Virus record (IMG/VR): IMGVR_UViG_2687453512_000002
DNA from: a virus
Taxonomy: Duplodnaviria; Heunggongvirae; Uroviricota; Caudoviricetes
Length of the DNA stretch: 35,348 nt
Strand: one strand, 5' to 3'
The notes beneath the pieces were generated by a model. The model saw only the letters and a list, made by a program, of their open reading frames with translations. It did no database searches and was not told the origin of the DNA. Both the position numbers and the translations under genes were made by a program. Below are positions 17,032 to 28,753 of the stretch, piece after piece. The stretch's first letter is position 1, and every line of letters starts with the position of its first letter.

Positions 17032-17472
17032 ATGGCGCGCCCAACAAAGTATCAAGAGGCGTATGCCGAACAGGCACGCAAACTGTGCTTGCTGGGCTAC
17101 ACCGATGCAGAGCTTGCTGATTTCTTCGAAGTCAGTGAGTCAACTATTAACAAGTGGAAGCTTGATTATCCTGAGTTTTCGGAGTCCATAAAAAAGGGTA
17201 AGGCCGTCGCTGATGCAGAAGTTAGTGACCGTCTTTATCAACGCGCTATGGGCTTCGTGGCTCCAGACATCGATATTCGTGTTATTGAAAACAGAATTGT
17301 CGAAACTCCTCTTGAGAAGTATTACCCGCCTGATACAACAGCTGCCATCTTCTGGCTTAAGAACCGACAGAAGGATAAATGGCGCGACAAGGTTGATCAC
17401 GAGCTAACAGGCAAAGACGGCGGCGCAATCCAGATTGAAACATCACCGATGAGTACTCTATTCGGAAAATGA
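17032..17472 (+). CDS. Terminase small subunit (146 aa)
   Basis: N-terminal HTH-like segment …LCLLGYTDAELADFFEVSESTINKWK…; immediately precedes the large terminase with overlapping stop/start. Confidence 0.75.
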   Translation: MARPTKYQEAYAEQARKLCLLGYTDAELADFFEVSESTINKWKLDYPEFSESIKKGKAVADAEVSDRLYQRAMGFVAPDIDIRVIENRIVETPLEKYYPPDTTAAIFWLKNRQKDKWRDKVDHELTGKDGGAIQIETSPMSTLFGK

Positions 17473-18884
17473 CCTCGATTAATCCTATCTTTGAACCGTT
17501 CATTGAGGCGCATCGCTACAAAGTCGCCAAAGGCGGTCGAGGTAGCGGTAAATCATGGGCAATTGCGAGACTGCTTGTTGAAGCGGCGCGTCGGCAGCCA
17601 GTGCGTATTCTCTGCGCTCGTGAACTGCAAAACAGTATCAGCGATTCGGTAATCCGGCTGCTTGAAGACACCATAGAGCGTGAAGGGTATACGGCTGAGT
17701 TTGAAATTCAGCGTTCCATGATTCGTCATCTCGGGACGAATGCTGAGTTCATGTTCTACGGCATCAAAAACAACCCGACGAAGATTAAATCGCTCGAAGG
17801 CATTGATATCTGCTGGGTGGAGGAAGCGGAAGCGGTAACGAAGGAATCATGGGATATCCTGATACCAACCATCCGCAAGCCATTTTCCGAAATATGGGTG
17901 AGCTTCAACCCGAAAAACATCCTCGACGATACCTATCAGCGATTCGTAGTAAACCCTCCCGATGATATTTGTCTGCTGACGGTGAACTACACCGACAACC
18001 CGCACTTTCCTGAAGTTCTCCGTCTGGAGATGGAAGAGTGTAAACGCAGAAACCCGACACTGTATCGTCACATCTGGCTTGGTGAGCCAGTAAGCGCAAG
18101 TGATATGGCAATCATCAAACGTGAATGGCTTGAAGCCGCAACCGATGCGCACAAGAAACTCGGATGGAAAGCGAAAGGCGCTGTTGTCTCTGCGCATGAC
18201 CCATCAGATACAGGGCCAGATGCTAAAGGTTATGCATCGCGTCACGGTTCGGTAGTTAAGCGCATTGCCGAAGGTCTGCTGATGGACATCAACGAGGGTG
18301 CTGACTGGGCTACTTCGCTGGCGATTGAAGACGGCGCTGACCATTACCTGTGGGATGGCGATGGTGTCGGTGCAGGGCTACGCAGACAGACAACGGAAGC
18401 ATTCTCCGGCAAGAAAATTACCGCCACGATGTTCAAGGGCAGCGAATCGCCATTCGATGAAGATGCTCCGTATCAGGCCGGAGCATGGGCTGATGAAGTC
18501 GTACAGGGTGACAACGTTCGCACTATTGGCGATGTATTCCGCAATAAGCGAGCGCAATTCTATTACGCGCTGGCTGACAGGCTGTATCTGACATATCGGG
18601 CGGTTGTCCACGGTGAGTATGCAGACCCCGACGACATGCTGAGCTTCGACAAAGAAGCGATAGGCGAGAAGATGCTGGAGAAACTGTTTGCAGAACTGAC
18701 GCAGATTCAGCGCAAATTCAATAATAACGGGAAACTGGAGCTTATGACTAAGGTCGAAATGAAGCAGAAGCTCGGTATCCCATCTCCTAACCTGGCTGAT
18801 GCGCTGATGATGTGTATGCATTGCCCGGAGTCGGCTGCGCAACCCGACTATTCCAGTTACTCAATTCCTTGTGGTGTAGGTTGA
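17469..18884 (+). CDS. Terminase large subunit (471 aa)
   Basis: Walker A-like KGGRGSGKSWAIARLL, ATPase plus nuclease domain architecture. Confidence 0.9.
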   Translation: MTSINPIFEPFIEAHRYKVAKGGRGSGKSWAIARLLVEAARRQPVRILCARELQNSISDSVIRLLEDTIEREGYTAEFEIQRSMIRHLGTNAEFMFYGIKNNPTKIKSLEGIDICWVEEAEAVTKESWDILIPTIRKPFSEIWVSFNPKNILDDTYQRFVVNPPDDICLLTVNYTDNPHFPEVLRLEMEECKRRNPTLYRHIWLGEPVSASDMAIIKREWLEAATDAHKKLGWKAKGAVVSAHDPSDTGPDAKGYASRHGSVVKRIAEGLLMDINEGADWATSLAIEDGADHYLWDGDGVGAGLRRQTTEAFSGKKITATMFKGSESPFDEDAPYQAGAWADEVVQGDNVRTIGDVFRNKRAQFYYALADRLYLTYRAVVHGEYADPDDMLSFDKEAIGEKMLEKLFAELTQIQRKFNNNGKLELMTKVEMKQKLGIPSPNLADALMMCMHCPESAAQPDYSSYSIPCGVG

Positions 18885-18885
18885 T

Positions 18886-21084
18886 ATGGCAGAAAAAAAG
18901 ATGACTGACTGGCATCGCAAGGTGCTGTGCAACTTTGATAATGCCTGGTCAGCAACGCAGGATATGCGTGAGCAGATTATTGAGGCTCAACGTTTCGTCC
19001 GGGTATCCGGCGCACAGTGGGAAGGCAGCACAAACGCTGGTTACTCATTTGATGAAGGCAGGTTTGAGCATTACCCGCGCTTTGAACTGAATAAGATTGC
19101 CCGTGAATGTGATCGCATCATTGGCGAGTATCGACAGAATCGCATCAGCGTTAAATTCAGGCCGAAGGATGACAAGGCATCGGAAGCGTTAGCCAAAAAG
19201 ATGAACGGCAAATTCCGCGCTGACTATCAGGAAACATCAGGTGGCGAAGCGTGTGATAACGCATTTGATGATGCTGTAACGGGCGGATTCGGTTGTTTCC
19301 GCATGTGTGCCGATTACGAAGATGAAATGGACCCAAGTAACGAGCAGCGACGCATCAGCCTTCTTCCTGTTTACGACCCAGCGACATGCGTCTTCTTCGA
19401 TCAGGACAGCAAGCAATATGACCGTTCTGATGCTATGTGGGCTATGGAAATGTTCTCCATGACGCCTAAAGCGTTCGAGGCTGAATACCCTGATTCCATC
19501 GCGGCAGGCCTTTCTCGTGATGAGACTGGCACTCAATATGACTGGTCAACGCCAGATGCCATCTATGTTGGGCGCTACTACGAAGTTCGCATAGAGAAGG
19601 TGAAGCTCACGGCATGGCGCAACCCTGTTAGCGGAGAAACGGCAATCTATGATGAAGAGCAAATCAAAGATATTGTCGACGAGCTGACCGATGGTGCATT
19701 CGAACTGATTGGCGAGCGAACGGTGAAGAAACGCCGCGTTTATTGCGGCCTTCTGTCTGGCGCTGAATGGCTGGAAGAACCGAAGCGTATTCCGGGCGAA
19801 CATATTCCTCTCATCCCGGTATATGGACGTCGCTCATTTGTTGATAATCAGGAACGAATCGAAGGCCACGCAGCAAAAGCGATGGATGCACAGCGTCTTG
19901 AGAACCTGATGGTTTCCATGATTGCAGATAACGCTACTCAGGCTGGCGGTGATGGCATTCCTGTAGTTGATGTTGACATGATTCCTGGTCCTCTCGCCAC
20001 TCATTGGGCGGAGCGCAACAAAAAGCGCCCGGCGTTCCTGCCGATGGTCAGTCTGAAAAACAAAAACGGAGATATTACTGCGCAGGCTCAGGTCAGCAGT
20101 TATACGCCTCCGACACAAATGCCTCCAGCTCTTGCCGGGCTATTGCAGTACACCGGAACGGCTATTCAGCAAATTACAGGTGCGTCGCAGCTTGAGAACA
20201 TGCCGAGCAACGTTGCTACCGATACCGTTGATAGCATCTTTAACCGGATGGATACGCAGTCCTATATCTACATGGACAACATGGCTAAATCCATGCGTCG
20301 CGCTGGCGTTGTGTGGCTTTCTATGGCTCGTGAAGTCTATGGCAGCGATACGCCGATGCGTATCGTTAATGAGGACGGCAGCGATGACGTGGCGCTGATG
20401 ACTGGTGAAGTGGTTGACCGTCAGACAGGGCAGGTTATCGCGCTTAACGACCTTTCGCAGGGTAACTATGAAGTGACTGTCGATGTCGGTCAGTCGTTCG
20501 CTACTCGCCGTGACGCAACGGTTAAGTCGTTACTTTCCATGCTGGCACTTATCCCGCCCGGAACGCCGAAACACGACCTTGTATCGTCGATGATCCTCGA
20601 CAATATGGACGGCGAAGGGATGGACGACCTTAAAGAATACAACCGCAATCAGTTGCTTCTGTCTGGAGTTATCAAGCCGAGAACGCCAGAAGAACAGCAG
20701 ATGGTTGAGCAGGCGAAACAACAACAGGCCAGTCAGCCAGATCCGGCTATGGTTGCTGCGCAAGGTCAGCTTCTTGCTGGTCAGGCTGAATTGCAGAAAG
20801 CGCAGAACGAGCAGGCAGCCATTCAGGTTAAAGCATTCCAGGCACAGACTGATGCTCAGGTTGCAGCGGCAAATGTTGTGAAAATCCTCGCATCTGCCGA
20901 TAGCCAGCAGAAATCTGATATCCGCGAGGCTCTGAAACTGCTCGGACAGTTCCAGCAACAGCAAGGAGACAATGCCCGTGCTGATGCAGAGCTTGTCCTG
21001 AAAAGTCAGGCACAGGGCCATGCGCAGCGCATGGACATCAGCAGCATCCTGCAAAAATCAACTCAGCAACAACCACAGCAGTAA
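18886..21084 (+). CDS. Portal protein, P22 gp1-like (732 aa)
   Basis: Size and clear similarity to P22 portal including the Gln/Ala-rich C-terminal barrel (…PEEQQMVEQAKQQQASQPDPAMVAAQGQLLAGQAELQKAQNEQ…). Confidence 0.9.
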   Translation: MAEKKMTDWHRKVLCNFDNAWSATQDMREQIIEAQRFVRVSGAQWEGSTNAGYSFDEGRFEHYPRFELNKIARECDRIIGEYRQNRISVKFRPKDDKASEALAKKMNGKFRADYQETSGGEACDNAFDDAVTGGFGCFRMCADYEDEMDPSNEQRRISLLPVYDPATCVFFDQDSKQYDRSDAMWAMEMFSMTPKAFEAEYPDSIAAGLSRDETGTQYDWSTPDAIYVGRYYEVRIEKVKLTAWRNPVSGETAIYDEEQIKDIVDELTDGAFELIGERTVKKRRVYCGLLSGAEWLEEPKRIPGEHIPLIPVYGRRSFVDNQERIEGHAAKAMDAQRLENLMVSMIADNATQAGGDGIPVVDVDMIPGPLATHWAERNKKRPAFLPMVSLKNKNGDITAQAQVSSYTPPTQMPPALAGLLQYTGTAIQQITGASQLENMPSNVATDTVDSIFNRMDTQSYIYMDNMAKSMRRAGVVWLSMAREVYGSDTPMRIVNEDGSDDVALMTGEVVDRQTGQVIALNDLSQGNYEVTVDVGQSFATRRDATVKSLLSMLALIPPGTPKHDLVSSMILDNMDGEGMDDLKEYNRNQLLLSGVIKPRTPEEQQMVEQAKQQQASQPDPAMVAAQGQLLAGQAELQKAQNEQAAIQVKAFQAQTDAQVAAANVVKILASADSQQKSDIREALKLLGQFQQQQGDNARADAELVLKSQAQGHAQRMDISSILQKSTQQQPQQ

Positions 21085-21174
21085 TTAACCCATAACGTGC
21101 AATGGCTGTCTTTATGAGGCCTGGCACCCTATTGCCTTCCGATGGGCTGAACATCGAGTAAACAGGGGTAACAA

Positions 21175-22068
21175 ATGGACCAGATGGCAGAAAACACACC
21201 AGAAGTTGAAATCGAAACCGACGCGTCAGAGCAGATTCCTGATGATGTCGAACTGGCTGAAAAAGTCGAAACAGAAGATGGCAGTGAGTCCTCAGGCAAT
21301 GATGCAGAGGAGGCTACTGAAACTGATGACGACGAATCAGAACAGGAATTCTACTTTGGTGACGAAAAGCTGGATTCGCCAACCAGCGAAGATGGCGCTG
21401 AGCATGGACTGGTAAAACACCTGCGCAAGACGATTAAAGAGAAAGACCGCGAGCTGAAAGAGCTGATGCGTCAGTCTCAGAAACCCGTCGAGCAGCAGCC
21501 GGTAATCACTCAACCACCGCGAATGCCAAAACTGGATGATGAGGACATCGGTTTCGATGAAGAAATCTACCAGCAACGCATGGCTAAGTGGGCAGAGGAT
21601 AATGGCAAGTACCAGCAACAGGAGATGGCTCGCAAGCAGAAGGAGCAGGAGCTTCAGGCTGCCTATCAAGAGCGATTATCCAAATATCAGCAACGTGTTA
21701 AGGCTCTCAAAGTTCCTGGCTATCAGGAAGCTGAGCAGGCCGTACTCGAGGAAATCCCCATCGAGACACAAAACGCGATCCTGTTTGAGTCAGAGAAGCC
21801 GGAAATCGTTGTTCTGGCGCTTGGTCGCAACGCTGAACTGCGCAAGCAACTGGCAGAAGCTACCAACCCCGTAGCAATTGGTCGTCTGCTGGAACGTATC
21901 GAATCGAAGGCCAGAATCATGCCAAAAGCAAAAACCACGGCAGCCACAACCCCGACGGTTAAGGGGAGCAACGGCGCAGTAATCAACAACCTCGACAAAT
22001 TGAAAGCCAAGGCGCTGGAAACTGGTGACTGGACGCCGTATTTCGCCGCTAAAAAGGCAAAAAAATAA
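21175..22068 (+). CDS. Scaffolding protein (297 aa)
   Basis: Highly acidic N-terminus, helical, basic C-terminal coat-binding tail; between portal and coat. Confidence 0.8.
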   Translation: MDQMAENTPEVEIETDASEQIPDDVELAEKVETEDGSESSGNDAEEATETDDDESEQEFYFGDEKLDSPTSEDGAEHGLVKHLRKTIKEKDRELKELMRQSQKPVEQQPVITQPPRMPKLDDEDIGFDEEIYQQRMAKWAEDNGKYQQQEMARKQKEQELQAAYQERLSKYQQRVKALKVPGYQEAEQAVLEEIPIETQNAILFESEKPEIVVLALGRNAELRKQLAEATNPVAIGRLLERIESKARIMPKAKTTAATTPTVKGSNGAVINNLDKLKAKALETGDWTPYFAAKKAKK

Positions 22069-22086
22069 CCTATCGGAGCATTAAGC

Positions 22087-23340
22087 ATGGATAACCAATT
22101 AGCAAAAGACCTTGAAATCATGTTCGAAAACTACGTTGAAGGCTTTGAGGCCGCCTGCGTAGTTTCCCGTAACGCTAAAAAATTCCGTCCCGGTGATACA
22201 GCAATGCAGCGAGCAGGTGATGTTCTGTATCGTCCGCAGCATTACCACATGAACATTGAGGAAGGCCTCGACCTCAGCAGCAAAACGCCAACAGCACTGG
22301 TTCAGCGCCTTGTTCCTTCAGTGTTCAAGGAGCCGAAAAACATTCTGTACACTCTGGATGCGCGTGAAATGCGTGACCCTGAGCATAAAACTGAAGCTGG
22401 TCGCGCCGCAGGTATGCGCCTTGCTGCACAGATTGACTCTGACCTGATTTCCATGGTCACGCAGCGTGCTACTAACGTGATCACAATGGCTGACTCAACC
22501 ACTGGTTCACAGGGCCGTGATTTGTGGAACTGTGCGGCAGGTATTGATGCCACCATGACGGCGATTGGTGTGCCACAGGGTATCAACCGCCGCTCTTTTT
22601 GGAACCCCTTCAACTACAAAGACCTTGCTGGCGAGCTTGGTCACCGAGCCTACGCTCAGGGCGCAACCCTGACAGCATACGAAAAAGCGCAGATCCCTCC
22701 GGTTGCTTCCTTTGATAGCTACAAGACCGATATTTCTGGTCGATTACCGAAAGGAAGCACTGAATCCTTGACAGTATCAGGCCAACCTGAACACAAGGTT
22801 GAAGCGAAAGATTCAAATGGTATGCCAGTTGATAACCGACAGGGGACTATTACGGTATCTGCATCTGGCTTGCAGGTTGGTGATGCGTTCACCATTGCCG
22901 GTGTGAATTCCGTACACCAGATCACAAAAGATACCACCGGTCAACCGCAGGTATTCCGTGTTCTGGCTGTTAGCGGAACTACCGTAACAATTTCTCCAAA
23001 GATTCTCCCTGTTGAAAATACTGATGTTGCGAGTCGTCCATATGCAAACGTCGATGCCAAACCGGCAGAATCAGCAGCAATCACCATTCTCAACAAGAAC
23101 GCAGCACCTGCTAACCTGTTCTGGGCTGATGGTTCTGTTGAACTGATGTACGGCAAACTGGCGTTCCCAACTGGTCAGGGTCCACAGGTAATGACAGCAA
23201 CCACCGAGCAGGGCGCTACGCTGATCATGTCTTACTCCTTCGACCACATCAAAGGCGTAACCACTGCGCGTTTCACCACTCTGTACGGTTGCTCTGTACT
23301 GGTTCCTGAATATACGGGCATCGTTATTGCTGGGCAGTAA
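22087..23340 (+). CDS. Major capsid (coat) protein, P22 gp5-like (417 aa)
   Basis: Size and position; followed by a strong terminator as is typical for coat genes. Confidence 0.85.
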   Translation: MDNQLAKDLEIMFENYVEGFEAACVVSRNAKKFRPGDTAMQRAGDVLYRPQHYHMNIEEGLDLSSKTPTALVQRLVPSVFKEPKNILYTLDAREMRDPEHKTEAGRAAGMRLAAQIDSDLISMVTQRATNVITMADSTTGSQGRDLWNCAAGIDATMTAIGVPQGINRRSFWNPFNYKDLAGELGHRAYAQGATLTAYEKAQIPPVASFDSYKTDISGRLPKGSTESLTVSGQPEHKVEAKDSNGMPVDNRQGTITVSASGLQVGDAFTIAGVNSVHQITKDTTGQPQVFRVLAVSGTTVTISPKILPVENTDVASRPYANVDAKPAESAAITILNKNAAPANLFWADGSVELMYGKLAFPTGQGPQVMTATTEQGATLIMSYSFDHIKGVTTARFTTLYGCSVLVPEYTGIVIAGQ

Positions 23341-23347
23341 TTTTGGT

Positions 23348-23370
23348 GGGGCTTCGGCCCCATTTTTATT
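23348..23370 (+). terminator. Rho-independent terminator after the coat gene
   Basis: GGGGC-TTCG-GCCCC hairpin followed by ATTTTTATT. Confidence 0.65.
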
Positions 23371-23381
23371 GGGAGAAGACA

Positions 23382-23570
23382 ATGGCACGAACAATGCTCT
23401 ATAAGCCAGGCAACATGATCACCTGCGGTCAGTTTGCTGTCGATTACATCATTGTTGATGACGAAGAAGTTAAATCTCACCTGAAAAAAGGTTGGGTAAA
23501 AACTCCTGAAGAAACCGCAACGAAGCAAAAAGTGGCTAAGGCGGAAGAAGATGGCGAAAACGAAGGGTGA
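23382..23570 (+). CDS. Small hypothetical protein (62 aa)
   Basis: ATG at 23382 with GGAGAAG Shine-Dalgarno, directly after the terminator. Confidence 0.5.
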   Translation: MARTMLYKPGNMITCGQFAVDYIIVDDEEVKSHLKKGWVKTPEETATKQKVAKAEEDGENEG

Positions 23571-24012
23571 TCTCGTTCTAAAGGCTTTACGAAAAGCCGG
23601 GCTGTATTCCAATGCCACGTTGACAGATGCTGACCCTCAGGCAATTGAAGATGCCATTAATGACCTCGAAGACATGATGGCAGCATGGCAGGCGAAAGGT
23701 ATCGAGCTTGGGTATCAGTTTGCTGATACAGAAAACGGCATCATGCCGTTACCTGACGATGATTCAGGCATCCCTGCATGGGCAAATGATGGCGTCGCTT
23801 TGAAACTCGCTGTGCAAGTGTGCATGGATAACGTCATTCAGCCGTCAGACGCTCTCCTTACCGCTGCTGACAGTGCATATCAGACAATCTGTATCGCTTT
23901 AACCAAAATACCACCACTTGAGCGGCGAAATGACATGCCTCGCGGTAGTGGTAACAAAAGCGCGTTTACGTGGAATCGGTTTTACATCGAGAAAGATGAT
24001 CCGAGTACGTGA
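23551..24012 (+). CDS. Head completion / DNA-stabilisation protein, P22 gp4-like (153 aa)
   Basis: MAKTKGDLVLKALRKAGLYSNATLTDADPQAIEDAINDLEDMMAAWQ… parallels the P22 gp4 N-terminus as remembered. Confidence 0.7.
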   Translation: MAKTKGDLVLKALRKAGLYSNATLTDADPQAIEDAINDLEDMMAAWQAKGIELGYQFADTENGIMPLPDDDSGIPAWANDGVALKLAVQVCMDNVIQPSDALLTAADSAYQTICIALTKIPPLERRNDMPRGSGNKSAFTWNRFYIEKDDPST

Positions 24013-24021
24013 GGTGAATAA

Positions 24022-25440
24022 ATGCCGATTCAGCAACTTCCGCTTATGAAAGGTGTCGGCAAAGACTTTCGAAACGCCGACTATATCGACTATCTGCCAG
24101 TGAATATGTTGGCTACGCCCAAAGAAATCCTGAACAGCAGCGGATATCTTCGCTCATTCCCGGGCATTGCCAAACGTTCTGATGTGAATGGTATATCGCG
24201 CGGCGTCGAGTACAACATGGCGCAGAGTGCTGTTTATCGCGTGTGTGGCGGCAAGCTGTACAAAGGAGAAAGCGAAGTCGGTGACGTCGCCGGAAGTGGT
24301 CGCGTATCAATGGCGCATGGTCGAACATCACAGGCTGTAGGCGTTAATGGTCAACTGGTCGAGTATCGTTATGATGGCACGGTTAAAACCGTCTCAAACT
24401 GGCCTACAGACAGTGGATTCACGCAGTATGAGTTAGGTTCAGTTCGCGACATTACTCGCTTACGTGGGCGTTATGCGTGGTCAAAAGACGGAACTGATTC
24501 ATGGTTTATCACTGACCTTGAAGACGAATCGCACCCTGACCGATACAGTGCACAATATCGCGCAGAATCGCAGCCGGACGGCATCATCGGTATCGGGACA
24601 TGGCGAGACTTCATCGTCTGCTTTGGTTCATCGACTATTGAATATTTCTCCCTGACTGGCGCAACCACCGTTGGTGCTGCTTTGTATGTCGCACAGCCAT
24701 CACTGATGGTGCAAAAAGGCATCGCCGGAACCTATTGCAAAACGCCATTCGCTGATTCCTATGCGTTCATCAGCAATCCGGCAACAGGTGCGCCGTCTGT
24801 ATACATCATCGGTTCCGGGCAGGTGTCACCAATCGCCAGCGCGAGCATTGAGAAAATTCTTCGCTCCTACACTGCTGATGAACTGGCTGATGGTGTGATG
24901 GAGTCTCTGCGATTTGATGCGCATGAGCTGCTGATTATCCATCTTCCGCGCCATGTCCTCGTATACGACGCATCTTCAAGCGCCAATGCTCCGCAATGGT
25001 GTGTACTGAAAACAGGTCTGTATGACGATGTGTACCGCGCTATCGACTTCATTTACGAAGGCAATCAGATAACGTGCGGCGATAAGCTGGAGTCCGTGAC
25101 CGGGAAATTGCAATTCGACATCAGCAGCCAGTACGACAAGCAACAGGAGCATCTGCTGTTTACTCCTCTGTTCAAAGCGGATAACGCCAGAGTTTTCGAC
25201 CTTGAAGTTGAATCTTCAACTGGCGTTGCGCAGTACGCCGACCGCCTTTTTCTCTCTGCAACCACTGACGGCATCAATTACGGTCGTGAGCAGATGATTG
25301 AGCAGAATGAACCGTTTGTTTACGACAAACGCGTTTTGTGGAAGCGAGTCGGGCGCATCAGGAAAAATGTCGGCTTCAAATTGCGCGTTATCACGAAGTC
25401 ACCTGTCACTCTGTCTGGCTGCCAGATAAGGATCGAGTAA
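24022..25440 (+). CDS. Head completion protein, P22 gp10-like (472 aa)
   Basis: Size identical to P22 gp10 and position between gp4 and gp26 homologues. Confidence 0.7.
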   Translation: MPIQQLPLMKGVGKDFRNADYIDYLPVNMLATPKEILNSSGYLRSFPGIAKRSDVNGISRGVEYNMAQSAVYRVCGGKLYKGESEVGDVAGSGRVSMAHGRTSQAVGVNGQLVEYRYDGTVKTVSNWPTDSGFTQYELGSVRDITRLRGRYAWSKDGTDSWFITDLEDESHPDRYSAQYRAESQPDGIIGIGTWRDFIVCFGSSTIEYFSLTGATTVGAALYVAQPSLMVQKGIAGTYCKTPFADSYAFISNPATGAPSVYIIGSGQVSPIASASIEKILRSYTADELADGVMESLRFDAHELLIIHLPRHVLVYDASSSANAPQWCVLKTGLYDDVYRAIDFIYEGNQITCGDKLESVTGKLQFDISSQYDKQQEHLLFTPLFKADNARVFDLEVESSTGVAQYADRLFLSATTDGINYGREQMIEQNEPFVYDKRVLWKRVGRIRKNVGFKLRVITKSPVTLSGCQIRIE

Positions 25441-26141
25441 TGGCTGATTCGAATCTCAACACCCCTGTTATTGTGCAGGCGACGCGGCTCGATACATCAA
25501 TCCTTCCACGCAATATATTCAGCCAGTCTTACCTGCTGTATGTCATTAATCAGGGGGCTGATGTCGGCGCAATTGCCGGGAAAGCAAATCAGGCTGGTCA
25601 GGGCGCTTACGATGCTCAGGTGAAAAACGATGAACAGGATGTCGAACTGGCTGACCACGATGCAAGAATCACCGCAAACACAAAAGCGATAAATCTCCTT
25701 GAGGTCAGGTTAACAACCGCCGAAGGGAAGATAGTTGTACTGCGTAGCGATGTTGATTACTTGCTGGATGAGGTTATCGATATTCAGGCGCATCTGGTCA
25801 CTGTTGACCAAAGACTGGATGGCGTAGAAAGCGATATATCTGACATTAAGAGTGATTACGTATCGAAAACCGTAACAGAATCGCAGTCTCTTGCGTCACC
25901 GCTGGATGTAAAAACATCATATTCAGTTGATGGAATTCAGGTCGTTGGAGCAAGGCAGACCGGATGGACAGCGGCCACAGGCACACCACTTCTTGGCTCA
26001 TTCAACGCTAACCAGTCATACACGGTCGGCACTACGTACACACAATCCGAAGTCGCAGCTATCGCTACAGGTTTGGAGCAGGCGCGGCAGCGTATTCTGG
26101 CGCTTGAAACAGCACTTAGATTACATGGGCTGATTGACTGA
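25440..26141 (+). CDS. Tail needle protein, P22 gp26-like (233 aa)
   Basis: [73 protein letters not shown]… closely matches P22 gp26 as remembered; trimeric coiled-coil heptads. Confidence 0.85.
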   Translation: MADSNLNTPVIVQATRLDTSILPRNIFSQSYLLYVINQGADVGAIAGKANQAGQGAYDAQVKNDEQDVELADHDARITANTKAINLLEVRLTTAEGKIVVLRSDVDYLLDEVIDIQAHLVTVDQRLDGVESDISDIKSDYVSKTVTESQSLASPLDVKTSYSVDGIQVVGARQTGWTAATGTPLLGSFNANQSYTVGTTYTQSEVAAIATGLEQARQRILALETALRLHGLID

Positions 26142-26596
26142 TGATTACATTCAAACCAACGCGAAACATCGACCTGATCGAAGCAGTAGGAAATCACCCT
26201 GACATCATCGCCGGGAGCAACAACGGTGATGGATACGACTACAAACCTGATTGCCGTTACTTTGAGGTGAACGTGCACGGTCAGTTTGGCGGCATTGTTT
26301 ACTATCAGGAGATTCAGCCGCTTACATTCGATTGCCACGCCATGTACCTGCCAGAGATTCGCGGCTTCAGCAAGGAAATAGGGCTGGCGTTCTGGCGATA
26401 CATTCTGACCAACACCACCGTTCAGTGCGTCACATCATTTGCTGCACGCAAATTCCGCCACGGGCAGATGTACTGCGCAATGATTGGCCTTAAGCGTGTA
26501 GGAACCATCAAGAAATACTTCAAAGGCGTGGATGACGTGACGTTTTACAGCGCCACACGCGAAGAACTAATCGACTTCCTGAATCACGGGAGATAG
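26141..26596 (+). CDS. P22 gp14-like head/tail assembly protein (151 aa)
   Basis: Position after the tail needle as in P22 gene order 26-14-7-20-16. Confidence 0.6.
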   Translation: MITFKPTRNIDLIEAVGNHPDIIAGSNNGDGYDYKPDCRYFEVNVHGQFGGIVYYQEIQPLTFDCHAMYLPEIRGFSKEIGLAFWRYILTNTTVQCVTSFAARKFRHGQMYCAMIGLKRVGTIKKYFKGVDDVTFYSATREELIDFLNHGR

Positions 26597-26598
26597 CC

Positions 26599-27291
26599 AT
26601 GTTATATGCATTTACGCTGGGCAGAAAACTGCGCGGCGAGGAACCTTATTACCCTGAAAAAGGCGGGAAAGGTGGCAGTTCTGATAAAAGCGCAAAGTAT
26701 GCAGCAGAAGCTCAGAAGTATGCCGCAGACCTGCAAAATCAGCAGTTCAACACCATCATGAACAACCTGAAGCTGTTTACTCCTCTGGCTGGGAAGTATG
26801 TCGGCAGCCTTGAGAACTTATCGTCTCTGGAAGGGCAAGGTCAGGCACTTAACCAGTATTACAACTCTCAGCAGTATAAAGACCTTGCAGGTCAGGCTCG
26901 CTATCAGAGTCTGGCGGCAGCGGAAGCAACAGGTGGATTGGGTTCCACCGCAACCAGTAATCAGTTAGCAACAATCGCACCAACGCTTGGTCAGCAATGG
27001 CTATCTGGACAAATGAACAATTACAACAACCTGGCAAATATCGGTCTTGGCGCTCTTCAGGGGCAGGCAAACGCCGGGCAAACATATGCCAACAACATGA
27101 GTCAGATTTCACAGCAAAGCGCGGCTCTTGCAGCGGCAAACGCCAACCGACCGTCAGCATTGCAGCAGGGTGTTAGTGGTGCTGCATCCGGTGCGCTTTT
27201 GGGTGGTGGCATAGCCAGTGCTCTCGAGCTATCAACTCCGTGGGGTGCTGGTATCGGTGCTGGTCTTGGTCTGCTTGGCTCGTTGTTTTAA
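26599..27291 (+). CDS. Ejection (internal virion) protein, gp7-like (230 aa)
   Basis: Gln/Ala/Gly-rich low-complexity protein with hydrophobic C-terminus; gene order. Confidence 0.65.
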   Translation: MLYAFTLGRKLRGEEPYYPEKGGKGGSSDKSAKYAAEAQKYAADLQNQQFNTIMNNLKLFTPLAGKYVGSLENLSSLEGQGQALNQYYNSQQYKDLAGQARYQSLAAAEATGGLGSTATSNQLATIAPTLGQQWLSGQMNNYNNLANIGLGALQGQANAGQTYANNMSQISQQSAALAAANANRPSALQQGVSGAASGALLGGGIASALELSTPWGAGIGAGLGLLGSLF

Positions 27292-27301
27292 GGGGTAATC
27301 A

Positions 27302-28753
27302 ATGGCTACGTGGCAACAGGGTATTAATTCTGGTGGGTTTCTGGCTGGCATCGGTACGCAAAATGAGAATGCGCCAAAGGCAAGCGACATTAACGCAACG
27401 CTTGGTCTGATCCGCGAAAACAATGAACTGGCTCGATCAGGTGCAAATAACGTTGCTCTGACAGGTCTTCGTGGTCTGGCTGGAGTTGCTGATATTTATA
27501 AGCAGCAGCAAAAGCAGGAGCGTAAAGCGGCATTCCAGAAAGGTTATGCGGATGCTTATGCGTCCGGCGACAGGGAGCAGATGCGTAATCTTATTACAGC
27601 ATTCCCCGAAGAGTTTGAGGAAGTCCGTAAAGGCATGGGGTATGTCGATGACGCCCAGCGGGATGATTTTGGCAATCTGGCGCTTAAGGCTCAGGTCGCT
27701 TCGTCGCTTGGTCCGGGTGCATTTGGCAGGTTCATGATGGATAACGAAAAGGAGATGCGTCGTTTAGGTATCCCTCCAGAAACTATTGCGGAAATGCAGG
27801 TTAATGACCCGCAGGGCTTCCAGCACTTCGCAGGTAATCTGGCACTATTTTCTCTCGGTCATGAGAAGTATTTCGATATCAAAGATCAAATGGAAGGTCG
27901 GGATATTGAGCGTGGCAAGTTGGCAGAGACGATTCGCAGCAATAAAGCTGGGGAAGGTTTAAAGGCGCAAAGCATTGCTGTTAGCCGTGAAAACTCCCTG
28001 CGCACTGCTGGAGGTGCTGTTCCTGCATCTGTTAAAGAATATCAATATTTCAACAGCCTGTCTCCAGAGCAACAAAAGACATATCTTCGTGTTCGAGGTC
28101 GTCCTGATGCTGGCGGGGAGAATGTTGTGCAACTGGCAGATGGCAGAACGGTAACGGTTGGTAGGAAGCTTCACGGCGCTGGTGCTAATGCGTTCTACGA
28201 AGGAATAGACAACGAGGGCAATATGATTCGCGTCCCCGCCAGTTCTATTGCTGCTCCGGCTACATCGGCAGCTAATGCACAGAATTACGAAATGAAGAAA
28301 GATCTTGATGCAATTTCTGGCGCATCAATTGACGATCTTGGCTTCATGACAGGTATTACAGGTTCTTCAGGTTCTTTTGCTCTTGGTGCAGATATTCGTA
28401 GCAGGGCATCTGGTGTTGAGGAGAGGAGGCTATACAACGCTGCACAGCGAATCATGGGCAAAATGCAAAATCAGGGGATTGCAGCAGCCCGAGATATGGG
28501 GGCATCTGGCATCAACACCGAAGCAGAGGCCAATAGGTATTTTCAGGGTATGCCAAAGCCTGATTTCTCAAGTCCTGAAGCGCTGCAACAATCAATGCGC
28601 GACATTCAGCAATATACCGACAATTACAACCAGCAATATAACGTTAATGTTGGTAATGGCGGGAAGAAATCATCAAGGCAACAGCCAGCTACTCAGCAAT
28701 CAGCAGGAGGTAGCTACACGTCAAAATCAGGCATTCAATTTACGGTGGAATGA
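27302..28753 (+). CDS. Ejection protein, gp20-like (483 aa)
   Basis: Gene order and size comparable with P22 gp20. Confidence 0.65.
   Translation: MATWQQGINSGGFLAGIGTQNENAPKASDINATLGLIRENNELARSGANNVALTGLRGLAGVADIYKQQQKQERKAAFQKGYADAYASGDREQMRNLITAFPEEFEEVRKGMGYVDDAQRDDFGNLALKAQVASSLGPGAFGRFMMDNEKEMRRLGIPPETIAEMQVNDPQGFQHFAGNLALFSLGHEKYFDIKDQMEGRDIERGKLAETIRSNKAGEGLKAQSIAVSRENSLRTAGGAVPASVKEYQYFNSLSPEQQKTYLRVRGRPDAGGENVVQLADGRTVTVGRKLHGAGANAFYEGIDNEGNMIRVPASSIAAPATSAANAQNYEMKKDLDAISGASIDDLGFMTGITGSSGSFALGADIRSRASGVEERRLYNAAQRIMGKMQNQGIAAARDMGASGINTEAEANRYFQGMPKPDFSSPEALQQSMRDIQQYTDNYNQQYNVNVGNGGKKSSRQQPATQQSAGGSYTSKSGIQFTVE

Noticed and set aside
20530-21054. 174-aa minus-strand ORF
   Set aside because: It lies inside the portal gene on the opposite strand, with no independent support.
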